Source: a candidate division WOR-3 bacterium (GTDB lineage Bacteria; Hydrothermota; Tepidihabitantia; Tepidihabitantales; Tepidihabitantaceae). From it: DNA of 64,000 nucleotides. Shown one piece after another: positions 27,501-37,052 of this stretch (positions are counted from its first letter, which is position 1; each line of letters opens with the position of its first letter). Where the stretch lies: assembly GCA_026418295.1 (NCBI GenBank), contig JAOABP010000005.1, positions 100,864 through 164,863 on the forward strand. The letters are read 5' to 3'. The position numbers and the translations under genes were made by a program. The notes under the pieces are model-generated. The model was not told the origin of the DNA, ran no database searches, and worked only from the letters and a program-made list of their open reading frames with translations.

Positions 27501-28319
27501 ATGCGCACGCTCTTGCCCCTGTTTATGTTGCTGGGAATGGCGGTAATGCCGGTTCATGCCCTTTTTGAGGAAAATGCATCAGGTGTCCGGGCAGAGGGGA
27601 TGGGCGGCAGTTTCTGCGCGGTGGCGGATGATCTGAGTGCGCTTGATTTCAATCCTGCCGGGCTTGCCTTTGTTCAGGAGAGACAGTTTCAGAGTTTTTA
27701 CAAACTGCTTTACGGCGGGGTGGGAGTCAATCTGCATACCTTCCATGCCGGTCTGGCACTGCCATTGAGCCGGCTCGGGTGTCTGGCAGGGCGGGTCCAG
27801 GAGACCGGTTTTGAGCTTCAGTCCCAGCGTTCGTTCAAGCTGGGACATGGCTTTTTACTGGCAGATGGGCTGGCATTCGGTTATGGAATCAACGGCTATA
27901 ATTTCGTTCAGCAGGAGCTGGGTTCCGGATATGCCTTTGGCCTGGATGTAAGCCTCTTTGCCCGGCTTGCCCGTTACTGGACCGTTGGGTTTTACGGTCA
28001 TAATATCAACCTGCCGAAAATCGGTTCTTCAGAACTGCCGTCTGTGCTTGTCCTGGGGCTGGGGTTTTCTCCCCGGCAGGGCATTCAATCCTCTCTGCAG
28101 GTGAGCAAGGAGCCCGGGATGCCTACCAGAATTGCTCTGGGGCAGGAGTTTGAGGTTGTGTCCGATTATCTTGTCCTGCGTGCGGGTGTCCAGAATGAAC
28201 CGGTCCGGTTCGCCCTCGGACTGGGTACCGGTTTACGGCGGGTCGGGATTGACTATGCACTGATCACCCATCCGGTTCTGCCTTTTACTCATAACTTCGG
28301 ACTGCGGGTGAAATTTTAG
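27501..28319 (+). CDS. Small outer-membrane beta-barrel protein, FadL/PorV/PorP-SprF-like (N-terminal NPAG hatch motif)
   Basis: Signal peptide. GMGGSFCAVADDLSALDFNPAGLA resembles the N-terminal motif of FadL-like and PorP/SprF-type OM barrels. Amphipathic beta-strand pattern with C-terminal aromatic residue (RVKF). Confidence 0.5.
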   Translation: MRTLLPLFMLLGMAVMPVHALFEENASGVRAEGMGGSFCAVADDLSALDFNPAGLAFVQERQFQSFYKLLYGGVGVNLHTFHAGLALPLSRLGCLAGRVQETGFELQSQRSFKLGHGFLLADGLAFGYGINGYNFVQQELGSGYAFGLDVSLFARLARYWTVGFYGHNINLPKIGSSELPSVLVLGLGFSPRQGIQSSLQVSKEPGMPTRIALGQEFEVVSDYLVLRAGVQNEPVRFALGLGTGLRRVGIDYALITHPVLPFTHNFGLRVKF

Positions 28320-28323
28320 CCTG

Positions 28324-30708
28324 ATGCTGCTGGTTCTTGTCTGGATATTTAACCTGTGGACAGCAGATAATCAGCTGGATATCAACCGGGCAAGCCGGGC
28401 AGAGATCGGTCAGCTGCCGGTTGATTCCCTGACTGCGGACCGGATCTATGAGTATCTCCAGCTTTACGGCCGGTTCAACAGTATCTATGATCTGCTGAAG
28501 GTTCCCGGAATTACCCCTGAGAAACTGGATGAGCTGAAGCCGGTGATTTACATCCGGCCCCGGAGCTGGGAGGAGCGGGCAACAGAGAATATTCAGCGGA
28601 TTCAGCGCCGGCTGGCAGCTGAGGACAGTCCGGGCAGGGCGGTAGTAGAGGAGTGGCAGGATCTGCTGCTGGACCCGCTCAACATTAACCGCGCAACGGT
28701 GGATGAACTGCTGCTGCTGGAGAATGTGTCGCTGGTTGATGCGGTGGCGGTCGTGAATTTCATCCGGCAGGGAGGGAGGATCACGAGCCGTCGGGATCTG
28801 GCGAGTCAGGTTCCGGGTCTTTCAGCATATGGGTATCGCGGGATGCGGAATTATGTGACCTTTCAGGACCGGGCTGATACTGCCCGGGTCAGGATCTGGA
28901 GCGGGAACTACCGGTTGAAATACGAAAGCGGGCAGGACTGGGAGGTGCTTACCAGCACGGAGGAGTTTACCGCAGCATTGAACAGCCTGGTTCAGGACAG
29001 CATCCGGTTCCGGGAGGCTGGGTTTACCGAATCGGAGCTGGCATTTTACCGGGATAGGTTGAGCCAGGAGCTGGATTTTAGAAAAAACATGGGTAATACG
29101 GGAATAATGCGTCACCGGTTACGGGCACGGATTGGTGAGCAGATCCGGGCTGGAGGGTTCGTGGAGCAGAATTTATACGAAAAGGCGGGTTTCAGCGGTG
29201 TCAGGGGTTGTGTGACTGTTGACAAAATCGGTCCGGTCCGACGGCTGCTCGTGGGTGATTACCGGCTGACGCTGGGGCAGGGACTTTTAATCGATAACAA
29301 TTTTGAGCTGATGGCAAGGACGCATAAGCGAACCGCCGGCCTTTTCGCTGATCTGACCGAGAATTCCGGGTTTGGGCTCCGCGGGGCGGCGGTGGATCTG
29401 AAATTAAATCGGTTCGGCTTATTGGGATTTTATTCACTGGCAAAGCGGGACGGGATTCTAAATCCGGACAGCACGGTAAACTGGTATATCCTTTCCACAC
29501 CACGCTACCCGACATTTAAAAATCTATTTAGTCAGACCGATGCCGGAGCCAGCTGGTCCGCTGACCTTTCCCAGCTGGGTTTTCTGCCACTCGGAACGCG
29601 CTTGGGAGTAAACGGTCTTTTTTCCCGTACCAGCCGGAGTCTGCAGCCGGCTGCCCGCTATGTTGAGCTTCCCGGTGATGCGGAGATTATTGATGATCCG
29701 AACTGGGCCCGGCTGGATACGGGCAGAACCCGGCTGTTTTATTCTGCCGATTTCCGGACGGTGATTAACAATTTTGCCCTGGAAGGGGAGGTTGCTCACC
29801 AGCATCGGGGTGGCAGTGCCTATCTGCTGAAGGGTTATCTGCAGCATGATCTGCTGAATCTGACCGTACTTTACCGGCATTATGATGTCAGTTATGTCAA
29901 TCCGTATAACCGCGGGTTCTGTGAGGAGCTGCGGTTTGAGGATACACCGCTGGAAAAGCCCTACCGGCTCATTGACCCGGCGTATGCTGCGCTCCAGAAT
30001 TTCCCGATGCCCAAAGCGGAGCAGGGGTTTTTTGCCGAGATGCGCTATCAGATCTCCCGACAGATTACTTTTACCCGTGCGTATCTTGATGTCTGGCGCA
30101 ACCTTGCCTATGGAGCGGACAATTTCCGGTTTCAGGCGGAAATGGAATACCGCCCGGTTTTCCCACTGCGGCTGCGCTTCCGGCAGAAGGTTCAGTTGAA
30201 GGAGCGGCCGAGGCTGGTGCTGGGCACCGGTTCATTGTCCATGGAGTCCTCACTGCGGGCACTGGTTTCGCTTTCCAACTGGGACTATCTGACTGGCGAA
30301 CTGCGGTACAGCAGAACCCGGCTGACGCCAACGATGAAATACGATGACCGGGCAAGTATTGAGGGCGATTTTCTACTTGTGCAGTGGGAGCACAACTTTT
30401 CGGACGATTTTCAGGGGGAGCTGGGAATTGCCGGCTGGCGCAGCGGCGGCATGTCGAACTGGATGTTTGAGGACAACGGGATTGATTTTGTTGACGGCGA
30501 CGGGTGCAAGTGGTATCTGGCATTGACTAACCGCCTGACCGATAACCTCCTTGTTTACCTCAAGTTCCGGCAGAAGTTAAGCATATTTCCCCATACCGGT
30601 TTGAGTGGAAACGGGGGCGTCCATTATCCGGAAGGCATGCCGGTTCGGGATTTTATGAGTCAGAGCCGGCGGTTTGATATCTGGCTGCAGATTGATTTTC
30701 TCTGGTGA
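28324..30708 (+). CDS. Outer-membrane beta-barrel protein with two N-terminal ComEA-like helix-hairpin-helix DNA-binding domains
   Basis: LDINRASRAEIGQLP…DLLKVPGITPEKLDELKP and LNINRATVDELLLLENVSLVDAVAVVNFIRQGG are ComEA-type HhH motifs. The remaining 600 aa show alternating beta-strand patterns and a C-terminal …IDFLW. 794 aa. Confidence 0.55.
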   Translation: MLLVLVWIFNLWTADNQLDINRASRAEIGQLPVDSLTADRIYEYLQLYGRFNSIYDLLKVPGITPEKLDELKPVIYIRPRSWEERATENIQRIQRRLAAEDSPGRAVVEEWQDLLLDPLNINRATVDELLLLENVSLVDAVAVVNFIRQGGRITSRRDLASQVPGLSAYGYRGMRNYVTFQDRADTARVRIWSGNYRLKYESGQDWEVLTSTEEFTAALNSLVQDSIRFREAGFTESELAFYRDRLSQELDFRKNMGNTGIMRHRLRARIGEQIRAGGFVEQNLYEKAGFSGVRGCVTVDKIGPVRRLLVGDYRLTLGQGLLIDNNFELMARTHKRTAGLFADLTENSGFGLRGAAVDLKLNRFGLLGFYSLAKRDGILNPDSTVNWYILSTPRYPTFKNLFSQTDAGASWSADLSQLGFLPLGTRLGVNGLFSRTSRSLQPAARYVELPGDAEIIDDPNWARLDTGRTRLFYSADFRTVINNFALEGEVAHQHRGGSAYLLKGYLQHDLLNLTVLYRHYDVSYVNPYNRGFCEELRFEDTPLEKPYRLIDPAYAALQNFPMPKAEQGFFAEMRYQISRQITFTRAYLDVWRNLAYGADNFRFQAEMEYRPVFPLRLRFRQKVQLKERPRLVLGTGSLSMESSLRALVSLSNWDYLTGELRYSRTRLTPTMKYDDRASIEGDFLLVQWEHNFSDDFQGELGIAGWRSGGMSNWMFEDNGIDFVDGDGCKWYLALTNRLTDNLLVYLKFRQKLSIFPHTGLSGNGGVHYPEGMPVRDFMSQSRRFDIWLQIDFLW

Positions 30709-30717
30709 GGAGGCACA

Positions 30718-31818
30718 GTGAAATTGAGATTCTGGAAAGTACTGTTCAGCCTACTTGCCGGTGGAACCGGTGCATTTGCCAGTGTGCCGGTGCGAAACTG
30801 GTGGGGCGAGGAGCTGAGTGCTGAACCCTCAGCCATATTCCTTTATCCTTCAAAACTGACGGGTTACCGCGGAGCGGCGGTCTTTGCCGGACTGGGCAGC
30901 AGCATGCTGAGTGAGGAGCGGACCCGGCTGGTGTACGACCAGTTTGAAAATACGATCGGCGAGGCGGCGTATGCGGATAACATCAGCTGGTCGCTGCATT
31001 TCGGACCTTTTGCCGGTGTTTATCGCTGGAGGGGGTTCGGTTTCGGCGCCGGGCTGACACAGGTCCGGGATTTCAGCTATCAGTACCTGAAGGAATATCT
31101 GGACGATTTTTATGTGAAAATCGGTGAGGACCGGGTTGAGCAGTCAGGCGGCATCTGGACCGGAGCGCTTGCGGTCGGATACAGTCCGGTTTCGTGGCTT
31201 GAGATCGGTGCCGGAGGAAGATATCTTTATGGTCAGCGCAGACTGGAACTGGTTCACATCCGGGTGCCGGAGACATCAGCGGTCAGCCTGAAAAGCAGCA
31301 TCAGGGGTGCGGGCTGGCAGGCGGGTGCGGGGTTTGTTTCCCGCGCTGGCTGGAGGGTGGATGCGTGTTACCAGTCTGCGATCCGTTCTGGCAGCGGGGA
31401 TTCAGACACAATCAGGAAGCTGCCCTGGTGTGCCGGTATCGCTGCGGAATTGAATGTCCCGGGTGTACTGCCAGCGAGAATGCTTGCCGAGGCAAAGCTG
31501 TCCGGCTGGTCTGAAGTGGATTCCGGTTTCCGGAATGTGCTGAGCGTGCGGGCGGGGATTGAACACCGGCTGCTCAATCGGGTGCGGATGAGTTACGGGT
31601 TCGGTGTTGACCCGCTCTTTTCCAATTCCGCAGTGCACCGGCTTCTGGGGCGGTTCGGGCTTGGGTTTGATATCAGCCGGCTGCGGCTGGATTTTAATCT
31701 TCAGGCGAGCCGGGAAGAACTTGATGCCGGAGATTTTGCCCTGCCGGTGGAACCGGCAGACATCCGGGTTTATCAGGACCGAATCGGTCTGACGCTTAAT
31801 TTTCGTTATGATATTTAG
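30718..31818 (+). CDS. Hypothetical outer-membrane beta-barrel protein
   Basis: Signal peptide (LLAGGTGAFA), Gly/aromatic-rich alternating strands, C-terminus LTLNFRYDI. Confidence 0.45.
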   Translation: MKLRFWKVLFSLLAGGTGAFASVPVRNWWGEELSAEPSAIFLYPSKLTGYRGAAVFAGLGSSMLSEERTRLVYDQFENTIGEAAYADNISWSLHFGPFAGVYRWRGFGFGAGLTQVRDFSYQYLKEYLDDFYVKIGEDRVEQSGGIWTGALAVGYSPVSWLEIGAGGRYLYGQRRLELVHIRVPETSAVSLKSSIRGAGWQAGAGFVSRAGWRVDACYQSAIRSGSGDSDTIRKLPWCAGIAAELNVPGVLPARMLAEAKLSGWSEVDSGFRNVLSVRAGIEHRLLNRVRMSYGFGVDPLFSNSAVHRLLGRFGLGFDISRLRLDFNLQASREELDAGDFALPVEPADIRVYQDRIGLTLNFRYDI

Positions 31819-31824
31819 GGGCTG

Positions 31825-33363
31825 ATGGAAAGAAGACAGGTGAAGTTCTGCCGTTTCTGGCTGTTTGTCAGTCTGCTGCTGGTCACCAGTACAGCTGATG
31901 CCGGAGTTCAGCATCTGATTATTGTCCATACCAATGATATTCACGGTGCACTCCTCCCGGCTGAGGCTTACTGGCTGGACAACAACTTTCCGCCCCCGCT
32001 GGCTAACGCCGCAGGAGCGCTGACTGTAATTCGGGAGTTGCGGGATTCAGCGGTTCGGCACGGATACGGATTTCTGCTGCTGGATGGTGGTGATATCTTC
32101 AAGGGAACACCGGTAGGGGATTTCACCCGCGGCCAGGCGGTCATCGACTTTTTCCGGCAGGCAGGGTATGATGCGGTTGCGCCCGGCAATCACGATTTTG
32201 ATTTCGGCTGGCAGGTACTGAAGGAGATTGCCGACTCATCACGGATCCCCTGGATTGCCACCAATGTCCGGGTACCGGATGGCGACAGTCCGCCCGGTTA
32301 TCTGAAGCGGAGTCATATCTTTGAGCGTGGCGGTATCAAGATCGGCATCCTGGGGGTTCTGACCAAGTATCTCTACGGTATGGTGAACGAGTCGTTGACG
32401 GGCGGGCTTGATATTCTGCCTTATTATGATGTTGTCCGGGAGGAGGTAGCGAGGCTGCGGGAAGCCGGTGCTGAGATTGTGATTGCGCTGAATCATATCG
32501 GTTACACCCACGATCAGCGGTTTGCCGATTCAGTATCCGGTGTGGATGTGATTATCGGTGCCCACAGCCATACCGGTGTTGAGCCGCCTTATGAGAGTCC
32601 GAAAAACCATGTCATCATCCAGCAGGCGTATTCAAAACTGAGTTCAATCGGGGTGCTGGATATCAGCTTTGACACCGGAAGCCGGCGGATTTTAGGTTAT
32701 CAGGGCCGGTTGATTGATCTGCTCGCCGATGAGGTGCCCATGGATTCTATTTATGCCCGGCGGCTGGATTCAATCCGGCAGGTTGCGGAAAAGGGGTTTG
32801 ACGAGGTTCTGGGGTATGCCCGGCGCGAGCTGACCCGGGGCGGATTTACCGAAACCCCGATGGGCAATCTGATTACCGATGCCATGCGGGAGCGTTTCGG
32901 GACGGAAATTGCGGTGCACAATTCCGCCGGTATCCGGGCAAACATCCCTGCCGGTCCGGTGACCTATCGCCACATTTATCAGGTGGATGTTTTCGGCAAT
33001 ACCGTGGTTACCGGCAGGTACACGGGCAGACAGATCAAGGAGATTCTGGAGGTGTCGGTAAACGGACATCACGCCATCTTTCAGGTTTCAGGGGTGAGAA
33101 TGAAATACACGCTGAACCGGCCGATCGGGAAAAGGGTGCTGTGGGTTGAAGTCAATGGTGCCCCGCTTGACTCGAACCGGATTTATACTCTGGCAACCAA
33201 TTCCTACCTGGCGTCCGGAACCGGTGAATACCACATCTTTGCTGAGGGGGTTGATCTGGAGGACAGCTTTCTGCCGTTGCGCGATGTGCTGGCAGACTAC
33301 ATCCGGCGTCATTCTCCGGTGGATGCCAGAATCGAGGGCAGAATTGTGCTGATTGACCGATGA
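31825..33363 (+). CDS. Bifunctional metallophosphatase/5'-nucleotidase (UshA family), secreted
   Basis: Signal peptide. Calcineurin-like phosphoesterase motifs (HTNDIHG, GGDIFKG, GNHDFD) and a 5'-nucleotidase C-terminal domain. 512 aa. Confidence 0.85.
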   Translation: MERRQVKFCRFWLFVSLLLVTSTADAGVQHLIIVHTNDIHGALLPAEAYWLDNNFPPPLANAAGALTVIRELRDSAVRHGYGFLLLDGGDIFKGTPVGDFTRGQAVIDFFRQAGYDAVAPGNHDFDFGWQVLKEIADSSRIPWIATNVRVPDGDSPPGYLKRSHIFERGGIKIGILGVLTKYLYGMVNESLTGGLDILPYYDVVREEVARLREAGAEIVIALNHIGYTHDQRFADSVSGVDVIIGAHSHTGVEPPYESPKNHVIIQQAYSKLSSIGVLDISFDTGSRRILGYQGRLIDLLADEVPMDSIYARRLDSIRQVAEKGFDEVLGYARRELTRGGFTETPMGNLITDAMRERFGTEIAVHNSAGIRANIPAGPVTYRHIYQVDVFGNTVVTGRYTGRQIKEILEVSVNGHHAIFQVSGVRMKYTLNRPIGKRVLWVEVNGAPLDSNRIYTLATNSYLASGTGEYHIFAEGVDLEDSFLPLRDVLADYIRRHSPVDARIEGRIVLIDR

Positions 33364-34982
33364 AAATCTGGCAGTTGAAACCGGCGGACGAAAGGCAGAT
33401 TCAGAGTGTGGCCGAGGGTTGTGGTATTTCCCGGGAGTTTGCCCGGATGCTGGTCGTGCGGGGGGTTACGACCAGAGATGATGTGCGTATCTGGCTGAAC
33501 CCGCGTCTCTCCGATCTCCATCCCAGCGAGCTCCTGCCGGATTTCGATGCCGCAGTGCACCGGATTCAGCAGGCGATCGCTCACCGGGAGCGGATTCTGG
33601 TCTGGGGGCATGATGACCTGGACGGGATCACCGCGGTTCTGGTCATGGTGAAGGTGCTGAGCAGTCTGCAGGCGAATGTTGATTATCATATTCCGGTAAA
33701 GGGCAGGGATAAGCATGGACTTGATGCCCGGCTGGTGGCAGGTCTGCCGGCAGAAAGGAAACCGGGGCTGATCATCACGGTTGACTGCGGAATTTCCAAT
33801 CACAGCGATATTGCCGAGCTGAGACAGCAGGGGGTGGAGGTGATCGTCACAGATCATCATGAGGTGGTCATGCCTTTGCCGCCAGCGCTGGCGGTAGTGG
33901 ATCCGAAGCGCAGTGACAGCGAATATCCCTACGGACAGCTGACCGGTGCGGGCGTGGCACTGAAGCTGATGATGGGACTGGTGGCACACCGGCTCGGATT
34001 GAGCGTCACTCAGTTTGTTTCCGCTCAGCCGGAGCTGCTGGAGCTGGTGACACTGGGGACGGTGGCTGACCGGGCGCCCCTGACCGGTGAAAACCGCATT
34101 CTGGTGAAGCTGGGGTTTGACCGGCTGATGAAGACCAGGCTGCCGGCGCTGCGCGCGGTGCTGGACAATCTGAGAGAGGGGAATGAACCGTTGACGGTAT
34201 CAACATTTCTTACCGAGCTGCTGCCGCTGTTTGCCGCGGCGAACGGCAGTGAAGGGGTGAGGAAATTTCTTTCCCGGGATCTGGCGGAAGTGCAGGCGTG
34301 GGTGAAAGAATTGACAGTCCGCAGTCAGGAGTGGCGGCAGGAGGCGGAAAGGACATTTCAGCTGGCACAGGCGCATGTCCGGCTCGGTGACGGCATTCTG
34401 TTCGTTCAGCATCCGGAGCTCTCGCTCCGGGCGCTGGGTTTCAGTGCGGCACGGTTGAAGGACCGGTATCAGGTGCCGGCAATTGTCATCGGCCGGCGGG
34501 ATGATGTCTGGGTCGGGGAGTGCCGGGGTATTGAGGGCGTGGATCTGATGGAGCTTTTGCGTGCCCACCGCAACTTCTTTATTGATTTCGGCGGGCACAA
34601 GAAGGCAGCCGGATTTACCATCAGCCCGGACCGGGTGGATGAGTTCATTGTTTCGGCAGAGCGATTCGCCCACGAAAACTTTGCCGGCAGAATCATGCCG
34701 GAGAATCAGCTGACGGCAGATGCTGAGCTGCCACTTTCCCGGTTCAATACTGAGATCTGCCGGCTGGCACCGTTTGGGGAAGGTAACCCGGAACCGGTTC
34801 TGATTTCCGAGCCGGTCCGCCTGATTCCCCAAGAGAAGGGATTTGTGCCTGAGACCCGCCCGGATTTGATCCTTTGCTGCCGTCGGGGCGGCATGGAGAT
34901 TCAGCCGGAGATTTCTTATTCGGTACTGTATTCCGTTGATGACCTGTGCCGGCTCTGGCTCGTTGATCTTCAGCCCGTATAA
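33360..34982 (+). CDS. recJ: Single-stranded-DNA-specific exonuclease RecJ (DHH/DHHA1 family)
   Basis: DHH motifs (HDDLDGITA, ITVDCG, DHH) and DHHA1 (GGHKKAAG). 540 aa. Start overlaps the upstream stop (ATGA). Confidence 0.75.
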   Translation: MKIWQLKPADERQIQSVAEGCGISREFARMLVVRGVTTRDDVRIWLNPRLSDLHPSELLPDFDAAVHRIQQAIAHRERILVWGHDDLDGITAVLVMVKVLSSLQANVDYHIPVKGRDKHGLDARLVAGLPAERKPGLIITVDCGISNHSDIAELRQQGVEVIVTDHHEVVMPLPPALAVVDPKRSDSEYPYGQLTGAGVALKLMMGLVAHRLGLSVTQFVSAQPELLELVTLGTVADRAPLTGENRILVKLGFDRLMKTRLPALRAVLDNLREGNEPLTVSTFLTELLPLFAAANGSEGVRKFLSRDLAEVQAWVKELTVRSQEWRQEAERTFQLAQAHVRLGDGILFVQHPELSLRALGFSAARLKDRYQVPAIVIGRRDDVWVGECRGIEGVDLMELLRAHRNFFIDFGGHKKAAGFTISPDRVDEFIVSAERFAHENFAGRIMPENQLTADAELPLSRFNTEICRLAPFGEGNPEPVLISEPVRLIPQEKGFVPETRPDLILCCRRGGMEIQPEISYSVLYSVDDLCRLWLVDLQPV

Positions 34983-34987
34983 CTCCC

Positions 34988-36154
34988 GTGTCCCCGGCAA
35001 AAATTTCAATTACCCGCCGGAAATCGGCACGGGGCCATCTCTGGGTGTTCGCGGATGAGATCAGAAAAATTGAGGGGGAGCCTGAGAAAGGTGATCTGGT
35101 CCGGGTATATGAGCAGGGCAGGCTGATCGGTTCCGGGATGTTCAATCCTGATTCGCTGATCCGGGTCCGGCTTTACTCATTTCGGGATGAGGATCTGGAT
35201 GAGGAGCTGCTGATACAGCGGTTGACGGCAGCGCATCGGCGGCGCCAGCAGAAACTGCCTCAGGAACAGGATTTCCGGCTGGTATTCGGAGAGAGTGATT
35301 TTCTGCCCGGACTGGTGATCGACAAGTATGGTGATCACTTTGCGGTTCAGGTCTATGCTGCGGGCTTTGACCGCCGCATCGAAATGGTGGTCAGTGCGCT
35401 GTGCCGGCTGTTTCCGGTAAAGGCGATCTATGAGAAGGATGACATCAAGCTCCGGGAGCCCGAAGGGCTGGAGCGCCGGGAACGGCTGCTATACGGTCAG
35501 CCCGACCCGGACCTCATCATCTCGGAGAACGGTGTCCGGTTCTATGTGGACATCGCCGGCGGGCAGAAGACCGGTTATTTCTTTGACCACCGGCTCACCC
35601 GCAGGAAGGTCCGGCGTCTGGCACGAAACCGCCGGGTGCTGGATGTGTTCTGCTACACCGGCTCTTTTGCAATCAATGCGGCACTGGGCGGGGCAACCGA
35701 GGTGATTGCGGTTGATATTTCGTCCGAAGCCTGCCGCTGGGCAGAGCGTAACGCCCGCCTGAACGGAGTTGAGGGCAGGTGCCGGTTTGTCACCGCCGAT
35801 GCCTTTGAATACCTGCAGGAACTGCTGGCATGCGGTGAGCGGTTTGACCTGGTCAATCTTGATCCGCCCGCATTTATCAAGAGCCAGAAGCAGAAGCCGT
35901 CCGGGATCAAGGGATATGAGAAGATCAACCGGCTGGCACTGGCACTGCTGAAACCCGGCGGGATTCTGGTTTCTTCATCCTGTTCCCATTATCTGTTCTG
36001 GCAGGACCTGCTGGATGTGGTCAGTAATGCCGCCGCAGAACTTAACCGGCAGTTTGTCATCCTTGACCGTTCCACTCAGGGGCCGGATCATCCGGTTCTG
36101 CCGCAGATGCCCGAATCCGAATACCTGCGCTGTCTCATTGTTCAGGTGAATTAG
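34988..36154 (+). CDS. Class I SAM-dependent rRNA (cytosine-C5) methyltransferase, RlmI/RlmK-like, with N-terminal PUA domain
   Basis: PUA-like N-terminus, SAM-binding LDVFCYTGSFA, and DPPAF catalytic motif. 388 aa. Confidence 0.75.
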   Translation: MSPAKISITRRKSARGHLWVFADEIRKIEGEPEKGDLVRVYEQGRLIGSGMFNPDSLIRVRLYSFRDEDLDEELLIQRLTAAHRRRQQKLPQEQDFRLVFGESDFLPGLVIDKYGDHFAVQVYAAGFDRRIEMVVSALCRLFPVKAIYEKDDIKLREPEGLERRERLLYGQPDPDLIISENGVRFYVDIAGGQKTGYFFDHRLTRRKVRRLARNRRVLDVFCYTGSFAINAALGGATEVIAVDISSEACRWAERNARLNGVEGRCRFVTADAFEYLQELLACGERFDLVNLDPPAFIKSQKQKPSGIKGYEKINRLALALLKPGGILVSSSCSHYLFWQDLLDVVSNAAAELNRQFVILDRSTQGPDHPVLPQMPESEYLRCLIVQVN

Positions 36155-36620
36155 ACTTGAAATTTCACCTTTCTGACGAAGACCGGTAATGATATCACCA
36201 GAACAGGAGCCGGCAGGAGGACACAGGTGACCGGCGAGAACACACTATGGGAAGCCGGGCAGACAGCAGAACCGAAAACCGGGGGCGAGATAGGGGTTGA
36301 ACTGGAATGCGGAGTCCGGCCGGGTTTGAGACCGGCGTCAGGCTTCAGATCGAGCGTCGGGGCAGGACCTGCAGCCGGACCAGGGCTAGCCCCCGGCTCC
36401 CCCCTCCGAAGCAAATTCCGGGTAAAAATTAGTTTAAGTTCCAGCCTGATAAGTACTTGGAGGCAGAAGTTAAACGGCACATCAATAAGATACCGGTGCG
36501 CAGGCAGAAGTGGAGGAGAGGTGGGTAAATGAGAGGTCCAGTTTAACCGGACACTTGGGCGGTTTGTTTCCGGTTGCGGTCAGACAGTCAATCTGCGGGT
36601 GTATTATTCCTTAAATTTTC

Positions 36621-36648
36621 TTGACTTGTGACCTTGCTGGTTTATCAT
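36621..36648 (+). promoter_or_regulatory. Sigma70-like promoter TTGACT-16-TATCAT, 11 nt upstream of the hdrC ATG (short-leader transcript of the hdr super-operon)
   Basis: TTGACT at 36621-36626, TATCAT at 36643-36648, ATG at 36660. No SD in between. Confidence 0.4.
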
Positions 36649-36659
36649 TTTTTCTTAGC

Positions 36660-37052
36660 ATGAGTTCACAGGACAACTCCCAGCTTGTTTCCCAAATTGA
36701 AGAGTTGAGCGGTCAGCGAGTCAGTGACTGTTACCAGTGCGGATGCTGTACTGCGGGCTGTCCGGTCGGCGAGCTGATGGACCCGCCGCCGAGCCGGGCG
36801 ATCCGGCTGCTGCAGCTGGGCCGGGCGCAGGAGCTTTTGGCAAGTGAAGGTATCTGGGTGTGTGCGAGCTGTCTCGTGTGCGGGACCCGCTGTCCGCGCA
36901 ATGTGGATTATGCCAAAATTGCCGAGGCGTGCCGGGCACTGATTCTGCGGGCAAAGCGGAGTCAGGTTGATCCCGATGTGGTGGATGATCAGGACCTGCA
37001 GGATGTGCCTCAGCAGGCATTTATCGCCAGTTTCCGGAAGTTTTCGGTATGA
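36660..37052 (+). CDS. hdrC: Heterodisulfide reductase subunit C-like (2x[4Fe-4S])
   Basis: CYQCGCCTAGCP and CASCLVCGTRCP motifs. The ATG at 36660 is preferred over the upstream TTG, which lies inside the -35 box. Confidence 0.8.
   Translation: MSSQDNSQLVSQIEELSGQRVSDCYQCGCCTAGCPVGELMDPPPSRAIRLLQLGRAQELLASEGIWVCASCLVCGTRCPRNVDYAKIAEACRALILRAKRSQVDPDVVDDQDLQDVPQQAFIASFRKFSV

Noticed and set aside
36151-36532. Two mutually overlapping ORFs of about 100 aa (one per strand) in the long spacer upstream of hdrC
   Set aside because: They overlap each other on opposite strands, lack RBS or start context, and are Gly/Pro/Arg-rich. They were treated as non-coding; see the spacer finding.
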